Positions 1 through 10,064 are shown, numbered from the stretch's first letter. The stretch is 64,000 nucleotides of DNA from an uncultured Candidatus Saccharibacteria bacterium (GCA_964648765.1 CAZYLF010000001.1:293797-357796), one strand, 5' to 3'. Translations and numbers: made by a program. Notes: generated from the sequence alone by a model not told the origin.

Positions 1-1488
1 TTCTCCATCCAAGCCGACAACACTAATCCAGTAGTTACGATTACTTCACCGGTTAACAACAGCAACGTGTCTGGCTCTGTGATTGTGCAGGCTAATGCCA
101 CTGACGATGTGAGAATTGCTGGTGTGCAGTTTAAAAGAGGTAATTCAAATATTTTTCTCGAAGATACATTAGCACCATACGCTGTACCTTGGGCTACTAA
201 CAATGTGGCTGACGGATCATACGCAATTACCGCTGTCGCTCGCGACACCTCTGGCAATGTCACAACCTCTCAGGCAATTACGGTAACTGTGGCCAATAAT
301 GTTAATCCACCAGGTGACACCACCGCGCCAGTGATCAGTGCGGTAAGTGAATCAAGTATTACCGAGAATTCTGCCACGATTACCTTCACCACTGACGAAT
401 CCGCTAGCACTGATATCTTTTATGGTTCCACCTCTGGATACGGTTCCACTTTGAGCTCTGCCACAGCCGGAACAAATCATACCTTCAACTTGTCTAGCCT
501 TTCGCCGAATACCACATACCATTATTACGTGAGCGCTGTAGACTCAAGTGGTAACTCTTCAGTAACGGCTGATGACACTTTTGCAACTATTGCCCCACCA
601 TCAGGTGGAGGAGGAGGCGGTGGGGGTGGGGGCGGAGGTGGGGGAGGAAATTCTGACAACACTGCACCAGGTATGGTCACGGTGGCCTCAGCTGTGGCTG
701 GTGATCGCCAAGTAGTTATCACTTGGCAAAATCCAAGCGACAATGATTTCGACAAAACCTTGATTGTTCGTGGCAGCTCTCCAATTTCTACTACTGCTTC
801 CAATCCTCGCAACATCGCCGGCACCACGGTGGTTTACGACGGCAACTCTGAACAATTTATTGATACTGGTTTAACTAACGGTCAAACTTATTATTACGCT
901 CTCTTTACTTACGACGAAGTACCAAATTATTCTAATGGTGTAGCGCTTACAGCAGTGCCCGGCACGAGTTCCGCTCAGAATCAAACAGTGGTCACTGCTG
1001 GCACTGGCGGATCATCAAATGGCACATCAGCTTTGCCTACCACCACCACAACTACTATTACCCTCGCCACAGTTACCGGTCCGTTTGCGCTCGGCACCAC
1101 CGGTGAACAAGTACGAATTCTCCAACAAATGCTGACTCTTGGTGGCTATTATTCCGGCACTCCAAGTGCGGTTTACGACAACGCCACTATTCTCGCCGTG
1201 CAAAGCTTCCAACGCACTAACAGCATTGTCTCAAGTGGATCCCCAGAGACCACGGGCTACGGCATGGCTGGTCCTGGCACTCGTCTCGTCTTAAATCGAT
1301 TATATGCTGGCAAAACTCTAACGATCACTGGCCTCTCATTGCCCGACTTAAGCAACTATCAAAATCTTACTCCAGAACAAAAGGAGACAATCTTAAACAC
1401 CTTACGCACAATTATTGTGGAGTTACAAAAGGCAATCGTGGCTTTGCTGCAACGGCTCGTCTTGACTCTGCAGGGTAGATCAATATAA
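1..1488 (+). CDS. Cell-surface protein, 5'-truncated at the window edge. It has Ig-like/FN3-like repeats, a poly-Gly linker and a C-terminal peptidoglycan-binding domain.
   Basis: The open frame runs from nt 1 in the same frame as ORF 67..1488. '[23 protein letters not shown]...YHYYVSA' looks FN3-like. '[36 protein letters not shown]' looks PG_binding_1-like. Gly15 tract at 601-650. Confidence 0.6.
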   Translation, partial: FSIQADNTNPVVTITSPVNNSNVSGSVIVQANATDDVRIAGVQFKRGNSNIFLEDTLAPYAVPWATNNVADGSYAITAVARDTSGNVTTSQAITVTVANNVNPPGDTTAPVISAVSESSITENSATITFTTDESASTDIFYGSTSGYGSTLSSATAGTNHTFNLSSLSPNTTYHYYVSAVDSSGNSSVTADDTFATIAPPSGGGGGGGGGGGGGGGNSDNTAPGMVTVASAVAGDRQVVITWQNPSDNDFDKTLIVRGSSPISTTASNPRNIAGTTVVYDGNSEQFIDTGLTNGQTYYYALFTYDEVPNYSNGVALTAVPGTSSAQNQTVVTAGTGGSSNGTSALPTTTTTTITLATVTGPFALGTTGEQVRILQQMLTLGGYYSGTPSAVYDNATILAVQSFQRTNSIVSSGSPETTGYGMAGPGTRLVLNRLYAGKTLTITGLSLPDLSNYQNLTPEQKETILNTLRTIIVELQKAIVALLQRLVLTLQGRSI

Positions 1489-1490
1489 TC
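1461..1490 (+). promoter_or_regulatory. Sigma70-like promoter for groES. -35 TTGACT at 1462-1467, -10 TATAAT at 1484-1489. The ATG is about 7 nt after the -10 and no SD is present, so the transcript is probably leaderless.
   Basis: Near-consensus hexamers read directly, with a 16-17 nt spacer. The promoter lies inside the 3' end of the upstream CDS. Confidence 0.45.
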
Positions 1491-1496
1491 CAGTGT

Positions 1497-1808
1497 ATGA
1501 GTAAAAAAATAAATATCACGCCTTTAGGCGATAGGGTTTTAGTATTACCTCTAAATGAGGAAGAAAAAGGAGGCAAAACTAAGAGTGGTATTATCATCCC
1601 CGACACTGTGAGCAAAGAGAAGTCGGAGCAAGGTAAAGTGGTGGCGGTGGGCGAGGGAAAACTTAATGAAGCGGGCAAACGCGTACCACTTCAAGTTAAA
1701 AAAGGTCAAACGGTTATTTTCTCTAAATATGGACCAGATGAAATTAAAGTGGACGGCGTAGAATATTTTATTATCAGTGAGTCGAACATTTTAGCTATCA
1801 TTGATTAA
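1497..1808 (+). CDS. groES: Co-chaperonin GroES
   Basis: 103 aa with typical GroES sequence (PLGDRVLV...KSGIIIPD...GKVVAVG) immediately upstream of groEL. Confidence 0.95.
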   Translation: MSKKINITPLGDRVLVLPLNEEEKGGKTKSGIIIPDTVSKEKSEQGKVVAVGEGKLNEAGKRVPLQVKKGQTVIFSKYGPDEIKVDGVEYFIISESNILAIID

Positions 1809-1810
1809 AT

Positions 1811-3466
1811 ATGTCTAAACAAATTATTTTCGGCGACAATGCTCGCAAACTTTTAAAAAGTGGAATTGACCAAGTGGCCGATGCGGTGAAGATTACGATC
1901 GGCCCGAAGGGGCGGAACGTCGTCTTCGATAAAGGTTATGGCGCGCCGACTATCACTAACGATGGAGTTTCAATTGCTAAAGAGATTACCCTCAAAGATA
2001 AAATTGAGAACATGGGCGCGGAAATTATTAAAGATGTGGCGTCTAAAACTAATGATGCGGCTGGTGATGGAACGACTACCGCGGTAGTGCTCACTCAAGC
2101 GATTATTGAAGAAGGGTTTAAGAAAACTTCACTCGGAGTAAACGCGATGGGTATCCGCCACGGTATTGAAGCCGCCACGCGCGAGGTGGTGGCCGCGCTT
2201 AAAGCCATTGCTAAGCCAATAAAAAATAAAGAAGAAATAAAACAAGTTGCCACGATCTCGGCTGAGAGTGCAGAGTTTGGCACGATTATTGCCGAGGCGA
2301 TTGATAAGGTAGGTAAAGACGGCGTGGTGACGGTGGAAGAGTCACAGAGTTTCGGTGTGGAATCAGAATTGGTGGAAGGGATGCAATTTGATAAAGGTTA
2401 CGTGTCACCTTACATGATCACTGATGGTGATAGGATGGAAGCTGAATATGGTGATGCCTATATTTTGTTAACAGATAAAAAGATTTCATCAATTAAAGAA
2501 ATTCTTCCGCTACTTGAAAAGATGGCGCAGTCAGGGAAAAAGGAATTGGTGATAATTGCCGATGACATTGATGGCGAGGCGATGGCGACTTTGGTGGTAA
2601 ATAAAATCCGTGGCTCGTTTAATACGCTCGGTATTAAAGCTCCGGGTTATGGTGATCGTAAAAAGGAGATGCTCGAGGATATTGCCATTTTAACTGGTGG
2701 CAAAGTTATTTCAGAAGAGGTTGGACTCAAGCTTGATAATATTGATCTTGCGATGCTTGGTCGCGCGCGGAAGGTGATTGCGACCAAAGATCTCACCACT
2801 ATTGTGGGCGGCAAAGGTAAAAAGTCAGATCTTAATGCTCGCGTGTCACAAATTAAAAAGCAAATTGAAAAGGTAGATTCGGCTTACGATAAAGATAAAC
2901 TCCGTGAGCGCCTCGGCAAACTTTCTGGCGGTGTGGCAGTGATTAAGGTAGGTGCGGCTACAGAATCGGAGATGAAATACAAAAAGTTAAAAATTGAGGA
3001 CGCGGTGGAGGCTACCAAGGCAGCAATTGAGGAGGGGATTGTGCCGGGTGGTGGATCAGCGCTGGTGCGCGCGGGAGCCAAAGTGGCACTTAAAAAGATT
3101 GCACCAACTTCACAAGATATTGCGCATGAATTTGAAGTGGGAGTTAAACTTTTACTTCGCTCACTTGAAGCACCGTTACGCCAAATTGCCATTAACGCTG
3201 GTAAAGATGATGGCGCGGTGATCGTGGACAAAATTAAATCTGGCAAAGGTAATGAGGGTTACGATGCTAACGCCGATAAAATTGTCCCCGACATGTTTGA
3301 AGTTGGGATTATTGACCCGGTGAAGGTGACGCGCACCGGTCTCGAGCGCGCCGCTTCCGCCGCCGCGATCTTACTCACCACTGAAGTGGCAATTGCCGAT
3401 GAACCGAAGGAAGAAAAATCGATGGGCGGCATGCCCCCAGGCGGTATGGGTGGAATGGAGTACTAG
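1811..3466 (+). CDS. groEL: Chaperonin GroEL
   Basis: 551 aa with GroEL hallmarks (AGDGTTTA, equatorial/apical motifs) and a C-terminal GGM tail '[14 protein letters not shown]'. Confidence 0.97.
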   Translation: MSKQIIFGDNARKLLKSGIDQVADAVKITIGPKGRNVVFDKGYGAPTITNDGVSIAKEITLKDKIENMGAEIIKDVASKTNDAAGDGTTTAVVLTQAIIEEGFKKTSLGVNAMGIRHGIEAATREVVAALKAIAKPIKNKEEIKQVATISAESAEFGTIIAEAIDKVGKDGVVTVEESQSFGVESELVEGMQFDKGYVSPYMITDGDRMEAEYGDAYILLTDKKISSIKEILPLLEKMAQSGKKELVIIADDIDGEAMATLVVNKIRGSFNTLGIKAPGYGDRKKEMLEDIAILTGGKVISEEVGLKLDNIDLAMLGRARKVIATKDLTTIVGGKGKKSDLNARVSQIKKQIEKVDSAYDKDKLRERLGKLSGGVAVIKVGAATESEMKYKKLKIEDAVEATKAAIEEGIVPGGGSALVRAGAKVALKKIAPTSQDIAHEFEVGVKLLLRSLEAPLRQIAINAGKDDGAVIVDKIKSGKGNEGYDANADKIVPDMFEVGIIDPVKVTRTGLERAASAAAILLTTEVAIADEPKEEKSMGGMPPGGMGGMEY

Positions 3467-3507
3467 AGGGGGGAAGGAATAGGTTATAGGTAATAGATGG
3501 AATAGCG

Positions 3508-3541
3508 CCCCACTTGGTGTAGAAACACCAAGTGGGGTTTG
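3508..3541 (+). terminator. Rho-independent terminator after groEL
   Basis: Stem CCCCACTTGGTG / CACCAAGTGGGG with loop TAGAAA, followed by TTTG. Confidence 0.6.
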
Positions 3542-3557
3542 CTATGATTGAATAAAT

Positions 3558-4076
3558 ATGGAAACACAAGTTCAAATTACCTCACCAAAAAAGTTAGGGA
3601 TTCTTTGGATAATCATCGGCTTTATCGCCGCCATTCTTGCCTGCGCCATGTTTTGGAGTTTGAAGGATCAACCTGTTCAAACTCAAAGTGTTGATACAGC
3701 AAATTGGCAAACTTATCGGAACGAAGAGTATGGGTTTGAGTTTAAGTATCCAGAAGATTGGAAAGTTTTAAATTGGAATGATGATTCAATTCAAGGTCGA
3801 AATTGGGAAATTGTGGCACTTTACAGTCCGGAGACAGATATTAATGAAATAAGAGACACTGATATCCCATCAAACATCTTTTTTGTTCATATTGAGGATA
3901 ATGGTAAAAGAGAACCCGGCCTCACTGATAGTGGCTGGGGAGTATCAGAACTTGGTGGAGGTTCTTTTAGACAAGTGAATATTGACGGACTTTTTGAAAT
4001 TAAAATAAGTTCACTAGATAAACATAATTTTGAAATTTTGAATCAAGTTTATTCCACCTTCAAATTTACGAAGTAA
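3558..4076 (+). CDS. Hypothetical signal-anchored protein, paralog of 4273..4716
   Basis: N-terminal TM 'KKLGILWIIIGFIAAILACAMFWS' is nearly identical to the downstream paralog. The C-terminal domain is diverged. Confidence 0.6.
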   Translation: METQVQITSPKKLGILWIIIGFIAAILACAMFWSLKDQPVQTQSVDTANWQTYRNEEYGFEFKYPEDWKVLNWNDDSIQGRNWEIVALYSPETDINEIRDTDIPSNIFFVHIEDNGKREPGLTDSGWGVSELGGGSFRQVNIDGLFEIKISSLDKHNFEILNQVYSTFKFTK

Positions 4077-4094
4077 GATGGTATAATGGTCAAT

Positions 4095-4250
4095 ATGAAT
4101 AAACAGTTACCAATCATTATTGAAAGAGATGAGGACGGCACTTATGTGGTAGAGTGTCATCTTTTTGATGGTTGTTATAGTCAAGGTAAAACTATAGATG
4201 AGGCAATGGAGAACATCCGTGAGGCCATTGCTCTTGCGCTTGAGGAATGA
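4095..4250 (+). CDS. HicB-like / UPF0150 family small protein, a putative orphan type II antitoxin (51 aa; an alternative start at 4086 is possible)
   Basis: MNKQLPIIIERDEDGTYVVECHLFDGCYSQGKTIDEAMENIREAIALALEE is typical of the HicB_like_N fold. The ORF is below the 60-aa cutoff of the track and no hicA gene is adjacent. Confidence 0.65.
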   Translation: MNKQLPIIIERDEDGTYVVECHLFDGCYSQGKTIDEAMENIREAIALALEE

Positions 4251-4272
4251 ATTTTTAAAATTAATTTAAACC

Positions 4273-4716
4273 ATGGAACCACAAATAATCTCGCCAAAAA
4301 AGAAGGGAATCGTGCTAATCATCATCGGCTTCATCGCTGCCATTCTCGCCTGCGCCGTGTTTTGGAGTTGGGACAGTTCATTAGTTGCTACTAATATTGA
4401 TACATCATCTTGGTTGGTATATCATGATTCTAGTGGGAATATTGACATTTACTATCCTCCAGATTGGGCTACATCTTTAATTGATGGTGGTAAAGTTTTT
4501 GCTATAAAATCACCAAGCGGACAAGAAATTTTTATGGGTTGGCCGTCATCAGTTCCTGAATGGTCAGATGTTTGTCTCGAGCTAGAGTTCAATAAAAAGG
4601 TTACAAAATGTGATGATAAAATATTTTCAGGTGTTTATACGAACAGTAGTGACCCTGGAACTCTAGAAGTTTTCGACATGATTATTAAAAATATTAAGGT
4701 CGTGGGTAGAGGATAA
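4273..4716 (+). CDS. Hypothetical signal-anchored protein, paralog of 3558..4076
   Basis: N-terminus 'PKKKGIVLIIIGFIAAILACAVFWSW' is conserved with the upstream paralog at both DNA and protein level. Confidence 0.6.
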   Translation: MEPQIISPKKKGIVLIIIGFIAAILACAVFWSWDSSLVATNIDTSSWLVYHDSSGNIDIYYPPDWATSLIDGGKVFAIKSPSGQEIFMGWPSSVPEWSDVCLELEFNKKVTKCDDKIFSGVYTNSSDPGTLEVFDMIIKNIKVVGRG

Positions 4717-4733
4717 TTATTAACTTATTTTTT

Positions 4734-5285
4734 ATGACATATATAATTTTGGCGGTATTAGTTGCTTTAGTTTTATGGGTAATTGCTAGTTACAACAGTT
4801 TGGTGAAGTTGGTTACAAGAGCTAAGGAGGCTTGGGCCGACATTGAGGTTCAGCTTAAACGTCGTTACGATTTAATCCCTAATTTAGTTAACACGGTTAA
4901 GGGTTACGCCACGCATGAGACTTCCGCGTTTGAGAATGTTACCAAGGCTCGCGCCGCGGCGATGGGTGCTAGTTCCTTAGCGGAACATGGTCAAGCAGAG
5001 AACATGCTCACGGGCGCGCTCAAGTCGCTCTTTGCCGTGTCTGAAGCTTACCCAGATCTTAAAGCCAATCAGAACTTTTTAGAACTCCAACGTGAGCTTT
5101 CAGATACTGAAAATAAGATTCAAGCCGCGCGTCGATTCTATAACACTAATGCTCGCGATCTCACTATTGCCATCGACACTTTCCCTTCAAACATTATTGC
5201 CAACATGTTTAAATTCCAAAAGGTCGAATTCTTCGACATTCCTGATAACGGTGCTGAAGCGGAGCCCGTACCTGTGAACTTTTAA
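4734..5285 (+). CDS. lemA: LemA family protein
   Basis: N-terminal TM followed by a LemA-type sequence (SYNSLVKL...AWADIEVQLKRRYDLIPNLV). Confidence 0.9.
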   Translation: MTYIILAVLVALVLWVIASYNSLVKLVTRAKEAWADIEVQLKRRYDLIPNLVNTVKGYATHETSAFENVTKARAAAMGASSLAEHGQAENMLTGALKSLFAVSEAYPDLKANQNFLELQRELSDTENKIQAARRFYNTNARDLTIAIDTFPSNIIANMFKFQKVEFFDIPDNGAEAEPVPVNF

Positions 5286-6178
5286 TGGTTTCAAATCTCT
5301 ATACTCATCAAGCGTCTAATGTACGCAAAACGTGGTTTTTAATGACCGTGTTTTTAATCGTGGTGATAGGGATCGGATACATTTTTAGTCAGGTTTGGGG
5401 TGATCCATCAATTCTTTATATTGCGGTGGCGTTCAGTATCTTGATGAACTTTTTTAGTTACTGGTTCTCCGACAAAGTGGTGGTGAAGATGACAGGCGCC
5501 AAGCCTGCGAGTAGGCAAGAATACTTTGACCTCTGGACGAGTGTAGAGAATTTGTCTATCACGGCCGGCTTGCCGATGCCCAAGGTTTATGTGATCAACG
5601 ACCCCGCGCCCAACGCCTTTGCCACGGGGCGCGATGCTGAGCATGCGGTGGTGGCCGTGACCACCGGACTTTTAGCTGTGCTTAACAAAACTGAACTTGA
5701 GGGTGTGATTGCTCATGAGCTTGCGCATATTGGCAATAAAGACATGCTACTTTCCACAGTGGCGGTCGTCCTTGTGGGCTTCGTGAGTATTCTCTCCGAC
5801 ATCTTTTTACGTTCAGGATTTCGGGGTGGAGGAGATAAAGATCGAGGTAAAGTTGGCGCGATAATTATGATCGTGGGAGTGGTGCTTGCAATACTTGCGC
5901 CAATTTTTGCCACGCTTATCCACTTGGCAATCTCACGCAAAAGGGAATTTTTAGCCGACGCCTCGGGTGCGCTCCTTACTCGCTACCCAGATGGCCTCGC
6001 TTCTGCCTTACAAAAAATTAGCGAACACGGCGCTCCAATGATGCGCAAGAGTAACGCCACGGCGCATTTATTTATCGCTAATCCTTTTGGTTCTAAGGCG
6101 GGAGTAATTAGTAAAATGTTTATGTCGCATCCGCCCGTTGGTGATAGAATTAATGCATTAGTTGGTCACACAAGATAA
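5285..6178 (+). CDS. htpX: M48 family zinc metalloprotease, HtpX-like
   Basis: HEXXH motif 'HELAHIGNKD', TM segments, and the usual LemA-HtpX gene pairing. Confidence 0.88.
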   Translation: MVSNLYTHQASNVRKTWFLMTVFLIVVIGIGYIFSQVWGDPSILYIAVAFSILMNFFSYWFSDKVVVKMTGAKPASRQEYFDLWTSVENLSITAGLPMPKVYVINDPAPNAFATGRDAEHAVVAVTTGLLAVLNKTELEGVIAHELAHIGNKDMLLSTVAVVLVGFVSILSDIFLRSGFRGGGDKDRGKVGAIIMIVGVVLAILAPIFATLIHLAISRKREFLADASGALLTRYPDGLASALQKISEHGAPMMRKSNATAHLFIANPFGSKAGVISKMFMSHPPVGDRINALVGHTR

Positions 6179-6187
6179 AATAATTTT

Positions 6188-6754
6188 ATGGTTTTGGTAG
6201 ATAAAATTTTGCACAAATCCCTTTTCAAACTTTTTCCTTGGGTTTTAACACCCAATCATCTAACAACTTTTAGGTTTTTAATGATTCCGGTAGTTTTTTA
6301 TCTTTTGATTGCGGACAACTTTCTCTGGGGCACAATCATTTTTATTATTGCCGCTTTCTCTGATGTAGCTGATGGTGCGCTTGCTCGCACCACTAATCGT
6401 GTAAGCGATTGGGGCAAACTTTATGATCCTTTGGCCGACAAACTTTTAATTAGCACAGCTGCCGCACTTTTAATTGTGCATCTTCTGCATCCGTATTTGG
6501 CGATCGCTATTATTGCTATGGAGATTATCACCATGGCTGGCGCGGCTCTTAAACTCAAACAAGGCTTCGACCGTACTAAAATCCAAGCTCACCCCATGGC
6601 CAAACTCAAAATGTTTCTCCAGTGCATGGGTGTGATTATTTTACTTTTTTACCTCATCTTCCAATTACCTTGGCTCCTCCCCACCGCCGCCTATGTACTC
6701 TACGCCTCCCTCTTTTTCTCCATTGTTAGTTTGATTGTGTATAGATCAATATAA
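6188..6754 (+). CDS. CDP-alcohol phosphatidyltransferase
   Basis: Exact family motif D-G-x2-A-R-x8-G-x3-D-x3-D in 'DVADGALARTTNRVSDWGKLYDPLAD'. Multi-TM protein. Confidence 0.8.
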   Translation: MVLVDKILHKSLFKLFPWVLTPNHLTTFRFLMIPVVFYLLIADNFLWGTIIFIIAAFSDVADGALARTTNRVSDWGKLYDPLADKLLISTAAALLIVHLLHPYLAIAIIAMEIITMAGAALKLKQGFDRTKIQAHPMAKLKMFLQCMGVIILLFYLIFQLPWLLPTAAYVLYASLFFSIVSLIVYRSI

Positions 6755-6759
6755 AAAAG

Positions 6760-6797
6760 AAGCGCACGTCCCGAAGGCCGTGCGCTTGTGTTTTTGT
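6760..6797. terminator. Bidirectional intrinsic terminator between convergent genes
   Basis: AGCGCAC...GTGCGCT stem followed by TGTGTTTTTGTTT. Confidence 0.55.
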
Positions 6798-6822
6798 TTG
6801 AATTAACAACGCGCGTTGTTAA

Positions 6823-7398
6823 TTATTTGTTCCGCTTCTTGACCCCCAACACCTGGTGAGCGAAGATCCAGAAGAAAGTAAAGATGTGATAATTCTCCGG
6901 AGGCAGTTCAAATGTGAACCGAGTGTTGTCCTCGTTGTATGACCCATAAATCAACTCCTCTGGGAACCCCTCACAAGTGACGGGGTCTACGCGCTCTTCA
7001 GGGTTGAAGAGACCCATGAAGCCGGCCGTAACACTCCGAGGGCTGTTGACAGAAACTCTCCACTTGTAAAAATTGTACTGCAAGGTGAAGGTGATGCCAT
7101 TGTCGAGTTCCAGGCTAAACACCGGAAGGAGTACAGCTTGAGACGTGTGGGTCGAGATCACCCTCATTTTGGCCTGAATAATCTTGTATTCCTCGGGATT
7201 TTTTGCCAGTGCGCGGGCAATTTTGTCGCGCACAAAGGTGATCTGATCCCAGTAGCCCTGGGCGAACATTGGCCCATTTTGAGGCTGATTGGCATTTGCC
7301 CACTCTTGCAGTGGTACCGACATTTCTCGTGTTGCTGTTGCCATCACTAAGTTCTCCTGTGTATGAGTTTCTTGAAGTGTCCTTATCTTAAGCCACAT
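6823..7398 (-). CDS. Hypothetical protein
   Basis: 191-aa ORF with no recognisable motif. Confidence 0.45.
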   Translation of the reverse strand: MWLKIRTLQETHTQENLVMATATREMSVPLQEWANANQPQNGPMFAQGYWDQITFVRDKIARALAKNPEEYKIIQAKMRVISTHTSQAVLLPVFSLELDNGITFTLQYNFYKWRVSVNSPRSVTAGFMGLFNPEERVDPVTCEGFPEELIYGSYNEDNTRFTFELPPENYHIFTFFWIFAHQVLGVKKRNK

Positions 7399-7434
7399 TA
7401 GCTCAAGTTTTCGTCCACAATTATCCTAGCATTT

Positions 7435-7890
7435 TTAATCTATTTTGTCAACTAAGGATTTGGAAATTAAATCTCTTACCAATCTATCAATTTTTTCATA
7501 CGTTTCTTCCGCGACTTTCTGATCTACTGAAGTTGGGTTTTCAATTTCCCACCAAATCACCTTTCCGGCGTTTTTTAAAAAATCAGGAATATATGGTTCT
7601 TCTGCCATCGAGATCACGATCTCGTATTCATCAATCATTGATGGTTGTAAACGTTTCGTCGAGTTGCCACGAACATTCATGCCATTCTTTTCCATTATTT
7701 CAAAAAAGTGAGGAGTTTTAAAAAGGTCTTTTAGAACCTGACCTTCTGGCTCATCCGGCGCCCCGGCGTAAGTCCCTACAGAATCTGCATAATTTGAATC
7801 GGTAAGTTTATTATAAATCGCCGCGGCCATCTGGCTTCTAAACCAGTTTCCCTTACAAATAAACAAAACTTTTTTAGATGATTGGCTCAT
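7435..7890 (-). CDS. Low-molecular-weight protein-tyrosine phosphatase / ArsC-like
   Basis: P-loop CX5R 'VLFICKGNWFRSQMAA' near the N-terminus. Confidence 0.8.
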   Translation of the reverse strand: MSQSSKKVLFICKGNWFRSQMAAAIYNKLTDSNYADSVGTYAGAPDEPEGQVLKDLFKTPHFFEIMEKNGMNVRGNSTKRLQPSMIDEYEIVISMAEEPYIPDFLKNAGKVIWWEIENPTSVDQKVAEETYEKIDRLVRDLISKSLVDKID

Positions 7891-8590
7891 GTTTATTTTT
7901 CTGTAACGAATAATACTTTCTTACCTTTTTGATACCAACAATAAGACTGATACAGAGCACCACTAGGATCACCATAAAGCTCTCGCGGTCAGAAGAATCC
8001 TTGATATCAATTAAGAGCGGGATAATTAAAGCTAAACTTCCTACGAACAACGAAGCCCAGAATCTTACTCTGAGTGAGGAAACAAAAACTTTCAAAGGAC
8101 TTCCTCCTTCCACTATTTGAGCTACCTCATAACTTGATCTAAAGGCGGGGAACCATGTGGTCCACACACGATCTTTAACTTGATAATCTTCAGGGAGTTT
8201 TAGTTTTATAATTTTGTTTCTATAAATTTTGGCAAGATAAATATTCACAACGCCCGCAAGACTCCAGCCAATAAAAATTAATAATATCGTGGTGATAAAG
8301 ACAGCCAAGCCATTTGTCCCAGAAATAATCGCGATAATTATCACCAAGCTTGATCCAGGGAAAAAGCTTCCGATAAAATACAAACCTTCAATAAATATAG
8401 AAAGAAAAGCGGCTAAGTAAATATACTTCTCGTTGATATTAGAAAGAAATTTTACCAATTCTCCCATGCCAGGAATCTGTGAATCGAGAAAGAGTATCAC
8501 TCCATAAACTGCCAACGCAACTGCCGAAATTATCCAAATTATCCCCGCATACAGTTGGCTTTTATCTGTCTTTATTTTGTCAGTAATCAT
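7874..8590 (-). CDS. Multi-pass membrane protein, possibly DedA/VTT-like
   Basis: Hydrophobic helices throughout. Overlaps the downstream gene by 17 nt. Confidence 0.4.
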   Translation of the reverse strand: MITDKIKTDKSQLYAGIIWIISAVALAVYGVILFLDSQIPGMGELVKFLSNINEKYIYLAAFLSIFIEGLYFIGSFFPGSSLVIIIAIISGTNGLAVFITTILLIFIGWSLAGVVNIYLAKIYRNKIIKLKLPEDYQVKDRVWTTWFPAFRSSYEVAQIVEGGSPLKVFVSSLRVRFWASLFVGSLALIIPLLIDIKDSSDRESFMVILVVLCISLIVGIKKVRKYYSLQKNKHEPII

Positions 8591-8686
8591 ATAGGAGACT
8601 TTTAGAGTTAAGGTGATTATAGCAATTAACAGACCTTTGTTTAACTAGCTTTATTGGTCAAAATTTATTAGGATAAACAAGCACTT

Positions 8687-8773
8687 GGAGAGGTGCCAGA
8701 GCGGTCGAATGGGCAGACCTGGAAAGTCTGTGTATCAGAAATGGTACCGAGGGTTCGAATCCCTCCCTCTCCG
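8687..8773 (+). tRNA. tRNA-Ser(GGA), long variable arm
   Basis: Acceptor GGAGAGG/CCTCTCC. Anticodon loop CTGGAAA. T-arm GGGTTCGAATCCC. Confidence 0.85.
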
Positions 8774-8788
8774 CAGCGAACGTAGTGA

Positions 8789-8892
8789 GCGAGGAGAGTG
8801 GGATTCGAAAGACGGAGCACGACGGTGCGAGTCGGGGTCGAGAAAATTTTCAGCAGAAAATTATTCGTGACCGATCCCTCCCTCTCCGCCAT
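8789..8892 (+). repeat. tRNA-like remnant. It has a GGAGAG...CTCTCC acceptor-like pairing. It ends with a direct repeat of the tRNA-Ser 3' end: ATCCCTCCCTCTCCGCCA at 8874-8891.
   Basis: A 16-nt exact repeat of the tRNA 3' end lies about 100 nt downstream of the tRNA. An inverted partial copy GGGATTCGAA lies in between. Confidence 0.5.
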
Positions 8893-8906
8893 TACGTTTT
8901 TAAAAA

Positions 8907-10064
8907 ATGACAACTCGAGTCGAAACAATAATTGTTGGGGCGGGGATTTCGGGGTTGGCGTGTGCGAACAAGTTGCAGGAGGCGGGGAAAGATTTTTTAG
9001 TTATCACTAAAGATATTGGGGGTAGGGTCAGACCGTCGAAAGTAGATCCAAAAATAAATTTGGGTGGAGTTTATATAAATTCCGATTATTTTAATCTACT
9101 GCCATTTGTGGAAGTTATCGAACCGTTTCGGGTGCGGGATTTTTATTTTTTCGACGGGGAGAAATATCGAACAATTTTCGCTGTCAAAAATCTGAAGTTT
9201 TTACCAAAGATTTTGAAATTTATAATTTTGCTGTGGCAGTTTAGGAATCGGTTAAATATAATGAGAAAGAAGGCAGAAACGGAAGAGTTAAAAGTTCTGA
9301 TTGAAGGCGACGCTTTACTCAAGCAATATTGGGATCTCTCGGCTACAGATTTTATTAAAAAGTACGGTTTTGAGAAACTCGATTACCAATTCGGCCAGCC
9401 AACTGCCGGCACCAACGTGTTTACTACCTCCAAAGATTTAAACACTTTTTACTATCTATATTTATTTCTTACCCTGATCCGCCCGGCTTACATTGTGGAT
9501 TTAAGTCAGACTGCCAAGCGTTTATCGGTAGGGTTTGAATCAAAAATAATAATTGATACGGTTACGTCGATAGAGAAACAGAGCGACGGTAATTATCACG
9601 TCACGGCCAGTAAAAATAATTTTATTTGTAAGAACGTCGTTATTGCCGCACCCTTTCTGGATATCAAGGGTGTCTATAATCTGCCGACCCCAGCCAAGAT
9701 CACTTCGGTGTTTACATATTATGTGGTCGGGCGGCGGAAGAAGGAATATGCTAATAAAAAAGGCGTGGTGCTCCACCCAGATTTCCATGACGCTTACTTG
9801 CTGTGGAGGCAGAAGTCGGGTGGGGATTTAATTTATTCCAAAACCGGGGATCTCGACCTGAGCAAATATTATGATGACTTTGTGGTTAAGGATAAAATGT
9901 TTTGGCCAACTGGCATGCATCTCCCTGGTGAGCAGGTTATAAAGCAAAAGCTGGATGCTGGCCTCTATCTCGCCTCTGATTATAATTTCAGCTTGATGGA
10001 GGACGCCTTCATCACCGGCCTCTACGCGGCTAACAGTATCATTGGCCAGGCTCAAAAAGTTTGA
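8907..10064 (+). CDS. FAD/NAD(P)-binding oxidoreductase, amine oxidase / desaturase-like
   Basis: N-terminal Rossmann motif 'IIVGAGISGLACANKL'. Confidence 0.7.
   Translation: MTTRVETIIVGAGISGLACANKLQEAGKDFLVITKDIGGRVRPSKVDPKINLGGVYINSDYFNLLPFVEVIEPFRVRDFYFFDGEKYRTIFAVKNLKFLPKILKFIILLWQFRNRLNIMRKKAETEELKVLIEGDALLKQYWDLSATDFIKKYGFEKLDYQFGQPTAGTNVFTTSKDLNTFYYLYLFLTLIRPAYIVDLSQTAKRLSVGFESKIIIDTVTSIEKQSDGNYHVTASKNNFICKNVVIAAPFLDIKGVYNLPTPAKITSVFTYYVVGRRKKEYANKKGVVLHPDFHDAYLLWRQKSGGDLIYSKTGDLDLSKYYDDFVVKDKMFWPTGMHLPGEQVIKQKLDAGLYLASDYNFSLMEDAFITGLYAANSIIGQAQKV

Noticed and set aside
1380-1496. CIRCE/HrcA operator upstream of groES
   Set aside because: No TTAGCACTC-N9-GAGTGCTAA inverted repeat is present.
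2095-3246. ORFs 2095..2283(-), 2884..3246(-), 2994..3221(+) inside groEL
   Set aside because: Antisense or out of frame to a confidently identified groEL; no RBS; composition-driven.
8668-9010. ORFs 8668..8928(-), 8685..8870(+), 8798..9010(+)
   Set aside because: They overlap tRNA-Ser and its tRNA-like remnant; the sequence is explained by RNA structure.
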